Below, in pieces: positions 63,401 through 64,000 of a DNA stretch of 64,000 nucleotides; position 1 is the stretch's first letter, and each line of letters begins with the position of its first letter. The notes under the pieces were generated by a model, which was not told the DNA's origin, made no database searches, and worked only from the letters and a program-made list of their open reading frames with translations. Source of the stretch: Mizuhopecten yessoensis (taxonomy: Eukaryota); the NCBI RefSeq assembly GCF_002113885.1, contig NW_018408834.1, forward strand, positions 107,592 through 171,591, in the 5' to 3' direction. A program made the translations under genes and the position numbers.

Positions 63401-63633
63401 GGACCAAAAGTTTTCCACAAAAGATTAATAATCCTGCATAATTGTTATGAACCATTTTCATTTGTTTGCAGTATTGTGAATTATTTTTGATTTTCTCAGG
63501 CTGGACCATACGACCTAATGGATGATGCAGTGCTGGCGATAAACAACTGTATTTTCATGATTCGCAATCTTCTTTATATGTACGAGTCCAACCCAGATCA
63601 GTCCACTTTGATTCAGCACATAGAACATGTGAG
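60456..63633 (+). CDS. tim: Timeless (insect-type TIM1-like circadian protein), 5' part; the gene continues beyond the window
   Basis: Exons 60456-60555, 61356-61447, 62349-62410, 63031-63208 and 63500-63633 give MEWHIMNVDGLNSLSSNLGMVEDGVYIPSCNSQEILEENVEFLMKDTLEKTYRRLLFNNKFPEKELLPLI...LRLMILLTNPVDC...AINNCIFMIRNLLYMYE. This aligns by eye with the Drosophila TIM N-terminus (MDW..SLG..ILEE..TFRR..DLIPLL..LTVPVEC..INNCLLLLRNILHIPE). Confidence 0.88.
61923..62240. mobile_element. Truncated DNA element with CCCAG end and AGGTA(T/C)ACCT subterminal repeats (EnSpm/CACTA-like)
   Basis: Starts CCCAGGGG and contains many direct and inverted GTACCTC/GAGGTAC and AAATGTGCC repeats. Confidence 0.45.
62511..62656. 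repeat. About 48-bp tandem repeat, 3 copies
   Basis: Unit CTAAGAGAAAGTCAGAATTCTGTATTAGGATTGTAAAAAGCAACTT. Confidence 0.88.
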
Positions 63634-64000
63634 GTAGGTAATACTTGGCCAAAGTCACAACAAATCTGGTAGGCGTTGCTCTTACAGAATTATACTGAGT
63701 CCAGTAGGTCAAAGGAATTATTTTGGTGAAGTCCTAGACGATCTACATAATTTTCTGGACAAATTGGATATATGTTTCTTGTGTGTAAAATCATTGTCCC
63801 ATTTATGACAGCAGTTGCACAGGAGTATAGGATATTTCTATCTTCCATAGCTATGGGTGTAGGATATCTCTCTCTCCAATACATGTTAGTGTATAATACA
63901 TGAAGGATAGAACAGTCCCAAGCAGTCACAAGGTAATGTAGCATATGTAACGTTGATATTTTAGTTTTCAAAGTAAAGAACTCTTTTTTAAAGGAGATTA

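Noticed and set aside
63515-63971. Minus-strand ORFs at the window end
   Set aside because: One is the antisense shadow of timeless exon 63500-63633. The other is intronic with no recognisable homology.

Overview
AT-rich animal genomic DNA with GT-AG introns and one 67-N gap at 3087-3153. The repeat and gene content suggest a bivalve mollusc, but this is inferred. Genes were assembled by hand from splice sites: calpain-5 (+, 12 coding exons, about 643 aa), a single-coding-exon B-box/coiled-coil/NHL-like TRIM-type gene (-), RPL35A (-) head-to-head with IQCG/DRC9 (+) across a promoter of roughly 100 bp, and the 5' part of an insect-type timeless gene (+) that runs off the window end. Introns and intergenic DNA are rich in Helentron-associated (HINE/pearl-like) elements, foldback MITEs, Penelope, CR1 and piggyBac remnants, SINE relics and minisatellites. 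Most notable observations: a dense E-box/TER-box cluster with nearby ROREs upstream of timeless; a possible antisense transcript over that region; a minimal hammerhead-like motif in a timeless intron; a 30-bp minisatellite derived from Penelope RT codons; repeated tandem duplication of splice sites and a stop codon; and RPL35A-IQCG linkage resembling that in human. Most short ORFs in the supplied track are spurious. All motif and family calls are by eye, and no searches were run.
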